A stretch of DNA of 64,000 nt from Eledone cirrhosa (Eukaryota): assembly GCA_964016885.1 (NCBI GenBank), contig OZ024763.1, forward strand, positions 3,286,001 through 3,350,000. The letters run 5' to 3'. The position numbers were made by a program, and so were the translations under genes. The notes beneath the pieces were generated by a model. That model made no database searches, was not told the DNA's origin, and saw only the letters and a program-made list of their open reading frames with translations. Shown piece by piece: positions 1 to 12,538 of the stretch. How positions within the stretch are numbered: the first letter of the stretch is position 1; every line of letters begins with the position of its first letter.

Positions 1-210
1 TCACCAGCACAACCACCTTACAGGATGGATTGGGTGCTTTTTGACGTGTCACCAGCACAACCACCTTACAGGATGGATTGGGTGCTTTTTGCCATGTCAC
101 CAGCACAACCACCTTACAGGATGGATTGGGTGCTTTTTGACGTGTCACCAGCACAACCACCTTACAGGGTGGATTGGGTGGTCTTTGCTGTGTAACCAGT
201 ACAACCACTT
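1..210. repeat. 48-bp tandem repeat derived from the SINE/RTE tail
   Basis: tcaccagcacaaccaccttacaggatggattgggtgctttttgacgtg, about 4 copies. Confidence 0.85.
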
Positions 211-274
211 TATGTAGACAAAACAGTGAGGAGTTGGTGGAGATTTAAATAAACAAAAGAAAGAATCTCAATAC

Positions 275-502
275 CCAAACTTCCGCTGACCAAGGCCTCA
301 GCCAAGGGGGGATTCCTCTCCTTTAAAAGGGCCAGTTCATGTGGATTACTGAGGAACATATCTCGCACAACTTTGGGATCATCCATGAAACTTGCTCCAC
401 CACCTTGCCCTTGACTGCTTGACTGTCCTGCAGAAGAGGTCTGGGGTAGAGAGCCAACTCCAGGGATTTGGATACTGCCAAAATCAATCACAGGAGCTGA
501 TC
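275..502 (-). CDS. DDI2: DDI2 second coding exon (IDFGSI motif and start of the HDD helical domain); gene continues left of the window
   Basis: Acceptor TTTTTCAG|GA at 503/502 keeps frame (G-SAPVIDFGSIQIPG...DDPKVVRDMFLSNPHELALLKERNPPLAEALVSGSL). Donor G|GTATTG at 275/274; 228 nt. Confidence 0.9.
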
Positions 503-1123
503 CTGAAAAATATGAAGGAAAAAATAAGGGTTTAATAATAATAATAATGGTTTCTTATATAGGCACAAGGCCAGCAATTTTAGGGGAGGGGAAAGTCGAT
601 TAAATCGACCTCAGTGCATTACTGGTACTTTACTTTATCAATCCTGTAAGGATGAAAGATAAAGCTAACATTGGTGAGATTTGAGCTCAGAATGTAAAGG
701 GCCGTAACTCTATGCCGCGAAGCATGTTGTCCGACGCTCTACCGATTCGTTTCTATTAGCTTCTGTTCATTTAATGGTTTCTGATTTAGGCACAAAGCCA
801 GCAAATGTTTTTTGGGGGCAGGGAGGGGAAAGTCAATTAAATCGAGCCCAGTGCATTACTGGTACGTTATTTTATCAACCCCCATGAGGGGAAAGGCAAA
901 GTTAACCTCGGCTGGGATTTGAACTCAGAACGAAAAGGGCTGTAACTCTATGCCACAAAGCATGGTGTCCAATGCTCAACCGTTTTGTTTTTATTAGCTT
1001 TTGTTCATTAAATATTTGTTTATGTCTTTTAACTTTTACTAATTTTAATTATATGAAAACAAAGAATGATGAGACCATTATTGAACTAAAAGACTTGGCT
1101 TGGTTCATTCCAAACATATTTTC

Positions 1124-1533
1124 ATGTATGACAATACTACAATCAGTGGATCCACAACATTGTCACCAGAAACCAGCCATGCATGAACAATTCTACAACC
1201 AGTGGATCCACAACATTGTCACCAGAACCAGCCATGCATGAACAATTCTACAACCAGTGGATCCACAACATTGTCACCAGAAACCAGCCATGTATGACAA
1301 TACTACAACCAGTGGATCCACAACATTGTCACCAGAAACCAGCCATGTATGACAATACTACAATCAGTGGATCCACAACATTGTCACCAGAAACCAGCCA
1401 TGTATGACAATACTACAATCAGTGGATCCACAACATTGTCACCAGAAACCAGCCATGTATGACAATACTACAATCAGTGGATCCACAACATTGTCACCAG
1501 AAACCAGCCATGTATGACAATACTACAACCAGT
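1124..1533. repeat. About 55-bp minisatellite in the DDI2 intron
   Basis: cagtggatccacaacattgtcaccagaaaccagccatg..., about 7 copies. Confidence 0.9.
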
Positions 1534-2280
1534 AAACTCACAGCCTTGTCAAGGACTAACTACACACCACACACACTCACCAACCAGGACTACACACACA
1601 CACTAACACACAAACACACCAGGACTAATAACTACACATAGACACACACTCACCAACCAGGACTAAGTAAGTTTTACACGAGAGAACCAGGGGCTGTTTT
1701 GAGATAGTTTAGTAGCTATGATCAGAGGACCAGGGGCTGTTTTGAGATAGTTTAGTAGCTATGATCAGAGAACCAGGGGCTTTTTGAGATAGTTTAGTAG
1801 CTATGATCAGAGGACCAGGGGCTGTTTGGGGATAGTTTAGTAGCTATGAGACAAGATTAAAATAAAGTTAGTTTCACATGAGAGAACCAGGGGTTGTTTG
1901 AGATAGTTTAGTAGCTATGAGACACGAGTTAAATCTATGAGACAAGATTAAAATGTGAAAACAAAGAGACCTGTTTTGTTGGCAGTGGAGAGCAGCAAGA
2001 GTGAACAAAGGGAGTTATTTTTAACACAGGAAATAACAAGAGTTGACACAGTTAGAGGTGGTAGGAAAGATCTATAAACTGGCCCCTTCCCTAACCCCGT
2101 CTAGTTGTGTGGGGGCAGGGGATTGAGGAGGAGAGGGGCAGTCTTTTTATTCAATACTACTAATACCACAACACACATGATTATTAATATGACAACAAAA
2201 AGTGGTTTTAATTATCTAAAAAAAATAAACAACTCTTTCAACACGATTTAATGTAAGAACCTTTATTTCCAAAACCCAGC

Positions 2281-2560
2281 CGCTTCCCCTTCACACCGGT
2301 CACTGTTGAGACCTCAGGTGTACTTGGACCCCATACTGTTGAGCTCCTCCACAAGATCGGAACGGCAGCAGCCAATTTGATGAAAGGGGTCCTGCGAGGT
2401 GGGGTGCCTGTTGCAGTGGGTGTCGCTGGCCATCGTCTGCGGAAATGATTTTGCGATTTTGTCCGAGGGGTGCAGCCCGAACACAGCCGCCCCCTAAATC
2501 CAGAGTCCATCAGCCCCTGCCCCTCCGTGGCCCCAGAGCCTTGCCTTTCCATTCCTTTTT
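2281..2560 (+). mobile_element. CRE-like non-LTR retrotransposon 3' fragment
   Basis: FPFTPVTVETSGVLGPHTVELLHKIG...(frameshift) EVGCLLQWVSLAIVCGN..AIL fits the CRE RLE C-terminal pattern F.P...ET.G..G...QR.S.A..RGN. Confidence 0.65.
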
Positions 2561-2924
2561 CGTTTTTAAATATTTGTAGTGTTTTTCTAATTATTTTATC
2601 ATCATTCATTCATGAAGTTACTCATTTATTATAAAAGAAATGTTCCTGTTCTATTACAAGACCCCCTTCCCCCTGGACAGGACACCAGTCCATCGCTGGG
2701 TTAAAGTCTGTATCAAGCCCGGAGGCTAATCAAGCCGGTACTTATCTCAGTTTCATGGCATGAAGCAACTGAGAGTACAAGACTGCTTCCTGATGATTTC
2801 CAACGAATGAAAGAGTTCTAGTCCTGTAGAAGGTATTTCTATATTAAACATTTATACTCTGCTATGTACTGAGTACCTTACTTACTGTGGTTACCTCCGA
2901 TTGAACCCAGGGTGGACATACACA

Positions 2925-2955
<31 letters not shown>

Positions 2956-2957
2956 CG

Positions 2958-3292
2958 GAGGCACATGGCTTAGTGGTTAGAGCATTGGCCTTGCAATCGA
3001 AAGGTTGTGAGTTCAATTCTCAGACCGGGTGATGTGTTGTTTCCTTGAGCAAGACACTTTATTCCACATTGCTCCAGTTTACTCAGCTGTAGAAGCGAGA
3101 TGATAGGGACTAGGGTCCATATCATTCCACTGCAAAGTGGTCGTGGAGGTGCCATGGCAAAAAAAGCACCCAGCACTCACTGTAAATGAGGTTGGTGTTA
3201 GGAAGGGCATCCAGCTGTAGAAATCAAGCCAGAATCAGTTCCCATCCCACCCTTGCAAGCAGGGAAAAAGCGGACGTAAAATGAAATGATGA

Positions 3293-3295
<3 letters not shown>
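2958..3295 (+). mobile_element. Second tRNA-derived SINE with RTE-like 3' tail (related pieces 18445-18860, 56050-56130)
   Basis: TGGCTTAGTGG (A box), GAGTTCAATTC (B box), core ccttgagcaagacactt, tail ggacgtaaaatg..gatgat. Confidence 0.75.
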
Positions 3296-3348
<53 letters not shown>

Positions 3349-4123
3349 TTTATTCTATTGATTTGCGAAGGATACAAAAAAAAAATACAAAACCAACACA
3401 CACACAGAGTTGACCCCGGAGGAGATTTCAACGGAGACCTTTTAGAACCTGTAACAACAAACTAACCACCTCTCTTTATCTCTCTCTATCAATCTATATC
3501 TCTGAAGAAATGTGAGAGTGGAAAGAGAGGTGCTACACTCCAGTAAATTCACTGAAAGGTGGGTGAATGTGGCAAAAATGGCCCGAATGAATGGGCCTTC
3601 TCTGTATATAAACCTGTAGGTCGAGGAAGATAAACAGAGGGAAGACGGGAACACCTACAAAAACGTGTTCCTGGTGTTGAGGGTTGTTCTATCCATGGGG
3701 TGTAAAACAACCCTGCAGTCACGTTCCCCCCTTTTGGGGATTTCGATTGTTTTATTTTGTATATATTTTATTGTTAAAGATTTTATGTAAAAACCCCGCC
3801 GTCACATCTTGTAATGTCCCATTTTTGTACCCCCTTGTGGCAAATAAAGAAATCTCTTTCTCTCTCTCTCTATATATGTCTATCTATCTTTATCTATCTC
3901 TCTCTGTCCATATATATATATTTAAAAGTTAAACAAGGTTCAACGAATACATCAAAGAATGAGTTTTACAATAGATTGGAAGCACTCAACAGAAAAAGGT
4001 TTTCCAGAGTTATTAATATTAATTCAAAATATTAACAAAATAGATATTCTTGTGATCAATTATATTTTATGTATAATAAAATATAATTGATCACAAGAAT
4101 ATCTATTTTGTTAATATTTTGAA

Positions 4124-4178
<55 letters not shown>

Positions 4179-4977
4179 AAATAAAGATCCGAAGGCATGG
4201 TATAAATTTCCAATCATTTTAACACAACCAATAACACACCTTACTATATAACAGCTATATATATATAGAAAAAGGTTCAGGACCCCGGCGGCAGAGCTCA
4301 AGCCGTTTCGACGGCTATTTCTTCAAATTTATTATTATTATTACTATATATATGTCTGTCTACCGTTATCTCTCTCCCTCTCTACTAACGATTCTACCAA
4401 CCTGATGATAGGATGATAGGCTGACACGTTTCTGAGAGAAGAAGAGAGATGGGTTGGGTGTGGCGGGGTTTGAGGACTTGGTTGTTACACATCACGTGAA
4501 ATAATGAACACACCAAGACGTGAGTCATGGCAACACCAAATGCTGGTTTCGGTTACACGGTGGAACCTTCCAGAACGGTGATTCCCACCCTGGGACCATG
4601 CCGCTATCACCCACCCGACCCCGTACACTAAAGTAGTAAAGTGGTGGGAGGGAGGGGGGGGGGGGTAGTTAAAAAAACAACAATGTACACACACACATAC
4701 ATACACATATATACAAACATATATATATTCACTCACACGTATGTGTATATATACACATATATATATATATACATATACACACATATATATACATATATCT
4801 ATATACACATATGTATATATCAGGATTAAACTAGTTATACCAATATTCGCCAGAGTACTCAATACTTGGAATAGTAGAGTGTGATTATATTAAAAAGAGT
4901 CGAGGCCCGACGGCTGAGCTCCTGCCATAGGGCCTCGACTCTTTCTTATATATATCTCTATATATATTAGGTTGCGC

Positions 4978-5032
<55 letters not shown>

Positions 5033-5228
5033 TATATATACAACCAAATATATTGAAAGTTTAACAAATAGCAGTCCTATCAGCTACTTCGATCAGATTG
5101 ATATCTCTAATCAATGTTGATCGATAGTAAGTGATTTTGTATAGATACAAGACCCACTGTTGCAAAGGAGAGGGGTATAACGGCTGGAATTATATCCTTA
5201 TATATATGTGTATATGTTTGTATATACA

Positions 5229-5270
<42 letters not shown>

Positions 5271-5389
5271 ACACGTGTGTGTGTATATGTTCGCATGTAT
5301 GCTTCTATGTATATGTGTGTATGTATATATATGTAGTTATGTGTATAATTACGTGTACACCATTCAGCAATTTCACAGGTAAAAATCGA

Positions 5390-6530
5390 GAACCACTACA
5401 CCAAGGCCGTGTCCCAGCATGGCCACAGTCTAATATGATACAATTAACTAAATGAAGGCAGTACCCCAGTCTAACATGATCAACTCTATGAAGGTAGTGC
5501 CCCAGCATGGCCAGTCTATTATGATACTATTAACTAAATGAAGGCAGTGCCCCAGTCTAATGATACGATCTACTAGAACAAGGCTGTTCCCCAGCATGGC
5601 CACAGTCTGATATACGATCTACTACATCAAGGCTGTGCCCCAGCATGGCCACAGTCTGAGATGATACGATCTACTACAACAAAGCTGTGCCTCAGCATGG
5701 CCACAGTCTGAGATGATACGATCTACTATAACAAGGCTGTGCCTCAGCATGGCCACAGTCTGAGATGATACGATCTACTATAACAAGGCTGTGCCTCAGC
5801 ATGGCCACAGTCTGAGATGATACGATCTACTATAACAAGGCTGTGCCTCAGCATGGCCACAGTCTGAGATGATACGATCTACTACAACAAGGCTGTGCCT
5901 CAGCATGGCCGGAGTCTGAGATGATACGATCTACTACAACAAGGCTGTGTTCCAGCATGGCCGTGACCCAGCATGGCTGTCGTCTAATATACAATACGAT
6001 TGACTAGACCAAGGTAGTGCTGTAGCATGCCTGGAGTCTACTATATGTAAAGATCGACTATCGACTAGACCAAGGTGGTGCTCAAACATGGCCGTGACCC
6101 AGCATGGCTGCCGTCTAATATGGAATGATACGATCGACTAGACGAAGGCAGTGCTCCAGCATGGCTGTAGTTTAATGATGTAATCGACTAGACCAAGGCC
6201 ACAGTCTACTATATGATGATATAACCGACTAGAACAAGGACATTGCTTCATCATGGCCCCAATCTAAAAATATGATCGACAATATTTAGACAATGGCCCA
6301 GTCTAATATGATACGACCGACTAGACAAAGGCCGTGCCCCAGCATGGCCACAGTCTAATATATGATTGACTAGACCAAGGCAATTGACTAGACCAAGGCA
6401 GTGCCCCAGGATGGCCTTAGTCTAAGGAGTGATCAACTAGATCGAGGCAGTGCCCCATGATGACCTTAGTCTAAGGAGTGATTAACTAGATCAAAGCGGT
6501 GCCCCAGGATGGCCTTAGTCTAAGGAGTGA
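5390..6530. repeat. About 52-bp degenerate minisatellite in the DDI2 intron
   Basis: ctgtgcctcagcatggccacagtctgagatgatacgatctactataacaagg core, diverging towards the edges. Confidence 0.85.
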
Positions 6531-6586
6531 CCCCTTTCTCCCCAGTAAAACAATAAAAGAATAAAGAATAGTTTCTTTGTTGTTAC

Positions 6587-6905
6587 CTGTTCCTGCTTGT
6601 CCAGCTGATCTCTGAGATGTGTTGGGTGCCGACGATGCCGAAAACGGGGTGTTTGTTGTGGGCAGGGTGAGACCCGTCACCCCTCTCATGTGTTGTAGAA
6701 GTAGGATATCATTATGGCCGATCCCGTAGCTTTTTAAACTGGCTTTATCGTCGTGTAATGGCCTGCCATTCAGTAGGATTGCTATCTCCTTGGCAGGGAT
6801 CCCTGTTTCGAACTCACAAAGGGCTTTGAAGTTCTCAAGCTCCAGGTCCTCGCTCACCTCAATGGTGAACACATTGTCAGATAGGGTGGTTACAGTCACC
6901 TGCAT
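6587..6905 (-). CDS. DDI2: DDI1/DDI2-family protein, first coding exon (ubiquitin-like domain)
   Basis: ATG at 6905 gives MQVTVTTLSDNVFTIEVSEDLELENFKALCEFETGIPAKEIAILLNGRPLHDDKASLKSYGI..., which resembles the DDI1/2 UBL N-terminus. Donor ACAG|GTAACA at 6587/6586; 319 nt, phase 1. Confidence 0.9.
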
Positions 6906-7381
6906 TTTGTGGGTGTGTTGTTTGGGGCTTGATGTTTTTTTTGGGGGGGCCTCACAAATACACAATATAAATAGACATATGTGTGTCCGTGTATCTATAG
7001 CTTGGAAGAGATTAATGGATAGAAGGCTAGGTGTGTATATATATATATATAGTATATGTATGGATAGATAGATATGTATGTATATAATGTAACAACTAGA
7101 TTTATATATACACAAATATATGGTTATGTGGTCAAGTGTATATGTGTGTGCGCATGTTGTACATTACTATATAAACACATGTATATTACATATATGTATA
7201 TATATGTATTATGTATGTATTTATATATATATATATATATATATGTGGTTATGTATGTATATGTGTGTTTGTGAATGAATATATAAATAAATGTATGTAT
7301 ATATACATATGTAAAATACTATATATACATAAATATAATACAACACCTTTTATAATGTCTACCCTCTCTCATACACACATG

Positions 7382-7418
<37 letters not shown>

Positions 7419-7637
7419 GTGTGTTGCTGGTAATGTACACTGGGTCCTCCTTAATGTCCCTATATATATATAAAACTTCCTCTCTTGTCCTTTAAGGGTC
7501 TTCTTCTCCCCTATTATTTCGTATATTCCTTCCTTCTTCTTTGATTCTTTCTTTCTTTCATCAAATTCTTGGCTGGGTTCAGCAAATTGAGTTTTTAACA
7601 CAGAAAGTTGTTTGTCTGAGGTAACAGCAAGCCTGGT

Positions 7638-7679
<42 letters not shown>

Positions 7680-8113
7680 GTGTGTGTGTGTATATATATA
7701 TATATATACAATATATGTGTATATATTATATATATATATAAAATATATGTGTATACACCATATATATGTTTGTGAGTGTATGTATGTATATATATGTGTG
7801 TGTGTGTATATATATATGTATGTATACACTATATATATGAGTGTATGTGTATATATATGAGTGTATGTGTATATATATGTGTGTGTGTATATATGTGTGT
7901 GTGTGTGTGTATATATAATCGCTGGGAAGAAGTGATCACTAAACAGAAGTCCAGGTATATATATATAGGTGTGTATATATATATAATATATATAAATATA
8001 TATAAATTAAGGGATCAGAAAGAGAAGGGAGGGGTGAAATCCCACAACACAGACTCGAACCTAACAATTTCTTCAGAGGAAAAAAAAAAAACTTTTGAAG
8101 CAGTGGACACGCT

Positions 8114-8139
8114 ACTTCCGGTTAGCTCGCACATGCGCA
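8114..8139. promoter_or_regulatory. Candidate DDI2 promoter: ETS site ACTTCCGG plus NRF1-like GCACATGCGCA
   Basis: Motifs seen in a short non-repetitive island about 1.2 kb upstream of the DDI2 ATG; typical of housekeeping promoters. Confidence 0.45.
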
Positions 8140-8448
8140 CTAGACAACACATGATTCATTTATTTTTTTATTTCTTTACTTTTTTAATTGTTGTTTATTT
8201 ATTTTTTTATTAGTAAAAAAATTTTTCATAATAAATTAAATTAAATTAAGTTAAATAATAAAAAATAAAAAACTTTTATTAAATTCACAGAATTAATTAT
8301 TTATTTAATACCAGAAAAATTGCCGAAAAAATAAATTTACATTTATATATTTTTAAAAATGAAACATTTACAGTACAAACGTTTATTTTATAATATTAAA
8401 CAACTGATTAATATTAATTAATTATATTTAATTATATATTGTCTAATA

Positions 8449-8530
8449 TAGGATGTCCCACAAAAATGTATACAAACTTCAATAGCATTCTAATAAAAGT
8501 ATGTATACATTTTTGGTGGAACAACCTGTA
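8449..8530. mobile_element. About 80-bp Tc1/mariner-like MITE
   Basis: aggatgtcccacaaaaatgtatac...gtatacatttttggtggaacaacctg|ta imperfect TIRs in a TA context. Confidence 0.5.
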
Positions 8531-8760
8531 TATTAAGATTTCATGTCTTTTGTCTTAGTTTATTTTTAAATATTAAATAACTACTCCAACATGACTAACA
8601 TATGGAAGCAAAAGAATTTAAAGTGACTCAGATAATGGTTTCTTATATAGGCACAAGGCCAGCAATTTGGGGGTAGGGGGAAGTCGATTAAATTGACTCA
8701 GTGCGTGACTGGTACTTTATTTTATCGACCCCGTAAGGATGAAAGGCAAAGTTAATCTCG

Positions 8761-9385
8761 TCACACGCATTCGTACACTGCCCGGGCGTTGCTGACCTGT
8801 GGGGCTATGTGAAACGACTACTGTCGCTGGTGGGACCAATACGGTTGACCACCGAGAACATTGTCACGATCAAACCGCCTCCCCCTTTCAAAAACGAAGG
8901 AGAGGCGGTTTTGCTCTGTGTGATAGTTATGGCGAAAGAAGTTGTATGGTGGACAAGGTTGAAAGGGCTGAGGTCAGACACCTTTCTCTTCGGCCAACAA
9001 CTGGTCTTTTTTTTTCAAGTACCACTTTAGATGAAGGATCAGAATGGAGAGAGAGGTGCTCTACCCCAGCAAGTTTTATGAAAGGTGGGTGAAAGTAGCG
9101 AGAGTGGCCCGAGTGAATGGGCCTTCTCTCTATATCAGCCTGTAGGTGAGAGAGGAGAAGAATGAGAAGAGGAAGGAAGCACCCGCTCTTTGTGCTCCTG
9201 AAGTGGAGGGTTGCACATTTTTTCGGGGGTGTGTGCGACCCATGTCAACGCCCTTCTCTATTGAGGACATCGATTGTTAAATTTAATTTGTTATATGTTT
9301 TTTACACGTCTTTTTAAATGTATGTAAACTACCCCCTTTGTATTTGTCCCAATCTTTGATGCCCTGGTGGCAAATAAATAGAAAT
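8761..9385 (+). mobile_element. Tx1/L1-like LINE 3' fragment (related piece about 3430-3850)
   Basis: HAFVHCPGVADLW...AKEVVWWTR C-terminal motif. The 3' UTR ending ...gtggcaaataaa is shared with the 3430-3850 piece. Confidence 0.6.
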
Positions 9386-9653
9386 TTATATCAATTAGAA
9401 CCAAACTCTCCCCCTCTATATCTAGTACGGGAAACTCTCTTCCAGTACCCCTCTCTATATCAATTAGCACCAAACTCTCTCCCTCTCTATATTTACTGAT
9501 ATATAATATATTGATATATCATTTATAACTGTAAAATAAATTGTTTGATAATTTATAATAATAAAATATATTTATTGACGATAATTTATAATTTTTATTT
9601 CACTTTGAAAAAAAAAATCAATTTCATCTCTCCATTTGTGCGGGACAGTCCAA

Positions 9654-9661
9654 ACTTCCGG
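9654..9661. promoter_or_regulatory. ETS motif ACTTCCGG just upstream of the ZNHIT3 start
   Basis: Lies about 24 nt before CAACATG (ATG at 9685). Confidence 0.5.
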
Positions 9662-9684
9662 TTCGTCTCCTGTCAACACCCAAC

Positions 9685-9688
9685 ATGT
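9685..9688 (+). CDS. ZNHIT3: ZNHIT3 coding exon 1 (ATGT only)
   Basis: caacATGT|gtaaga: Kozak-like context and a GT donor. Phase 1 fits exon 2 (T|CT = Ser). Confidence 0.65.
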
Positions 9689-10620
9689 GTAAGAAACATT
9701 ACAACGTCTTCTATCCTTTTTTCTGTCTTGTAAGCTTGTCTTTTTATGATAGAACCTGAATTTCTGAACTGTCTTCCATGTTAAAACATCTTTTAAGCTG
9801 TTTTAAGTTAGAACCACGTGGCTAACGACTCCGCTCCGTAACCACGTGGTTCTGTGTACAGTAACCACGAAACGGGCACCTGTCTTCTACTTTAGCTTTG
9901 GGTTTACCAGGGCCTTGTCAGTCGGGTCTAAAGACTCGGCGTGTATATATATTAATTAAAATAACAGATTAAAGTTTAAGCAAAGAATCCCTGCTTTCAC
10001 CCTTAACGGGATCTTCTGAAAAGGGTGAAAGCAGCGATTCTTTGCTGAAACTTTAATCTGTTATATTAATTAACATTTGCGAGCCCTCTTTGGATTTTAG
10101 CCTTCACATTTATTATTATTACTATATATATATATATATATATATATACATAATGAAGTATAAATCAACGGAAAATAATTAATGTTGTCGTGTGCTCTAC
10201 CCTGCGTACAAAAGTATCGATGATAAACTAATATATATATATATTACACACATATATATATATATATTACATACATATAACCATATATTATATGCATATA
10301 CATATATATAGTTGTTAAAGTCAATAAATTAAATTGTATATCCTCATGTCTTTATATATTATACACTCACACATATATATTATATATATAACATATATAG
10401 TCGTTATAGTCAATAAATTTAATTGTATATCATGTATATATGAACACATCTGCTGTGTATACATTCATGTTTTATACACGTCGTCTTATACACTTGTGTA
10501 TGTTGAAAATATTGTCAATGTGAGCTGTTTATACACGCCTTTAGTGTATAAAACGCACGTTTGTTGGTGGTATATATATATATATATATAAGATCAAAAG
10601 ATGGTTAAAAGAGTTCCATG

Positions 10621-10691
10621 TATTTTATTATGCGCATTTCAAAAACAAATATCATCATGCGATGACATTTGCGTTTTCATCAGATAAAATA
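10621..10691 (-). ncRNA. Hammerhead ribozyme with palindromic stem III (copies at 36951-37021 + and 43036-43106 -)
   Basis: Minus strand: TATTTTAT-CTGATGA-long stem II-GAAA-TGCGCA-TA^ATAAAATA; stem I is 8 bp. Confidence 0.75.
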
Positions 10692-10941
10692 GGGAGACAT
10701 GATATGAAGGTTAAAAAACACTTGTGAATAGTGCAGTTTTAAATTAACATATGTTGATTTAAAACTGCACTATGTCATCGCATGATGATATTTGTTTTTG
10801 AAATGCGCATAATAAAATACATGGAACTCTTTTAACCATCTTTTGATCTTATATATTATTCATACTCCAGTCCTACAAACTGTAGAGTGCTACTTATCCG
10901 ATATCTGCATTGCTTTATTGTACTACAATAAAACTCACCTC

Positions 10942-10999
<58 letters not shown>

Positions 11000-11450
11000 A
11001 TATATCAATAAAAATTTGAGGTCATGTTCACTTGGGTTTTGTTTATTAAAATCTGTAATGTACATTTCGCTGAGGACAGCCTGAGCTTCTAACCCCACTT
11101 ACAACTAACAGACCATTAAGTGGTCCGCACATCCTTGTTCGATTAACCCCTTACTATATATATATATATGTGAAAATTTCCCAGTTGGTTAGTTTAATAA
11201 CTGGATGGTTGTTTAGTTGTTGATTGTCACTGTATTACAGGGTGGACTGTTGTGTCACCCGACCAACCACCTTACACCGACTCAGTACTTCTTGTTGTGT
11301 CACCAGCATGACCACCTTATGTGGAATGAGTACTTTGTATCATGTCACCAGCACAAACACCATATATATACACAAACACATAGAGAGAGAGAGACAGAAT
11401 ATATGTATCATCCACTTGATTATTTAATAAATTTACTCTCTTGTTTCCAG

Positions 11451-11553
11451 CTTCGTCAAACTGTGGTAAATTTAAGAAGAAGTCTCCCAGCAAGTGTGAA
11501 TCATGCCTGAAACAGTTTAGTAAATATAAATGTCCAAAATGTTTTATAAAATA
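11451..11553 (+). CDS. ZNHIT3: ZNHIT3 exon 2 (zf-HIT, first part)
   Basis: ttgtttccag| ...SSNCGKFKKKSPSKCESCLKQFSKYKCPKCFIKY |gtaagt. The CxxC...KYKCPxC pattern is the zf-HIT motif. Confidence 0.9.
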
Positions 11554-11895
11554 GTAAGTTCCAATCTTTTATTCTCTTGTATTCTGTACATATAGGACCC
11601 CATTAAATGGGACACCATTAAATAGAATGTCATTAAACAACGCCATTAAATAGAGCACAATTAAATGGAATGTCATTAAACAGAGCATCATTAAATGAAA
11701 TGTCATTAATTAGGATGCCATTAAACAGGACCCCATTAAATCGGACATCATTTAATGTCATTAAACAGAACACCAATAAATAGCACATCATTAAATAGAC
11801 AATTAAATAGAACACCATTAAACAAGACCTCATTAAATAGAACATGTCATATCTAATGTCTATAATATTGAAATTTGAAATTTTCTCCATTTCAG

Positions 11896-11936
11896 TTGTT
11901 CTCTCAGCTGCTACAGAACTCACTTCTCTCTACCAG
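11896..11936 (+). CDS. ZNHIT3: ZNHIT3 exon 3 (zf-HIT, second part)
   Basis: tttcag| (Y)CSLSCYRTHFSLP |gtgggt completes YCSxxCYxxH; 41 nt, phase-consistent. Confidence 0.88.
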
Positions 11937-11979
11937 GTGGGTTAGGTTTTATTTCTTGAGTTTAACACATTAATATATC

Positions 11980-12260
11980 TCACTGAACTGTGTTTTATGT
12001 CATGTCTGAGTTTAACACATCACACTGAGCTGAGTTTTATTTCATGTCTGAGTTTAACACATCTCACTGAGCTGAGGTTTGTTTTATGTCTGAGTTTAAC
12101 ACATCTCATTGAGCTGTGTTTTATGTCATGTCGGAGTTTCTCACTGAGCTGTGTTTTATGTCTGAGTTTAACACATCTCACTGAGCTGTGTTTTATGTCA
12201 TGCCCGAGTTTAACACATCTCACTGAGCTGTGTTTTAACACACTGAGCCATGTTTTATTC
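11980..12260. repeat. About 41-bp minisatellite in ZNHIT3 intron 3
   Basis: ctcactgagctgtgttttatgtcatgtctgagtttaacacat variants. Confidence 0.85.
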
Positions 12261-12493
12261 ACACAGACACACACAAACTCTCTATTGATGGTTAAATTAT
12301 TCACTCACACTCACAGACACACACACAGACTCAGACACACATACAGACTCACAGACACACATACACACAGACAAACACACATACACACTCCCATACACAC
12401 ACTCACTCACAGACACACACAGGCACACACTCCTCTCTCTTCGTTAATTCTTCTGTAATTAAATTAACAAAATCTTCTTGTTATCGTTTACAG

Positions 12494-12538
12494 AATCGTG
12501 TGGTTCAAAATCTGAAGAGAAATCAATAATGACATCAG
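12494..12538 (+). CDS. ZNHIT3: ZNHIT3 exon 4
   Basis: tttacag| ESCGSKSEEKSIMTS |gtaaag; 45 nt, phase 1-1. Confidence 0.7.

Noticed and set aside
6906-7115. N-terminal extension of the 209-aa ORF upstream of DDI2 Met 6905
   Set aside because: Low-complexity TA-derived sequence; homology starts at MQVTV.
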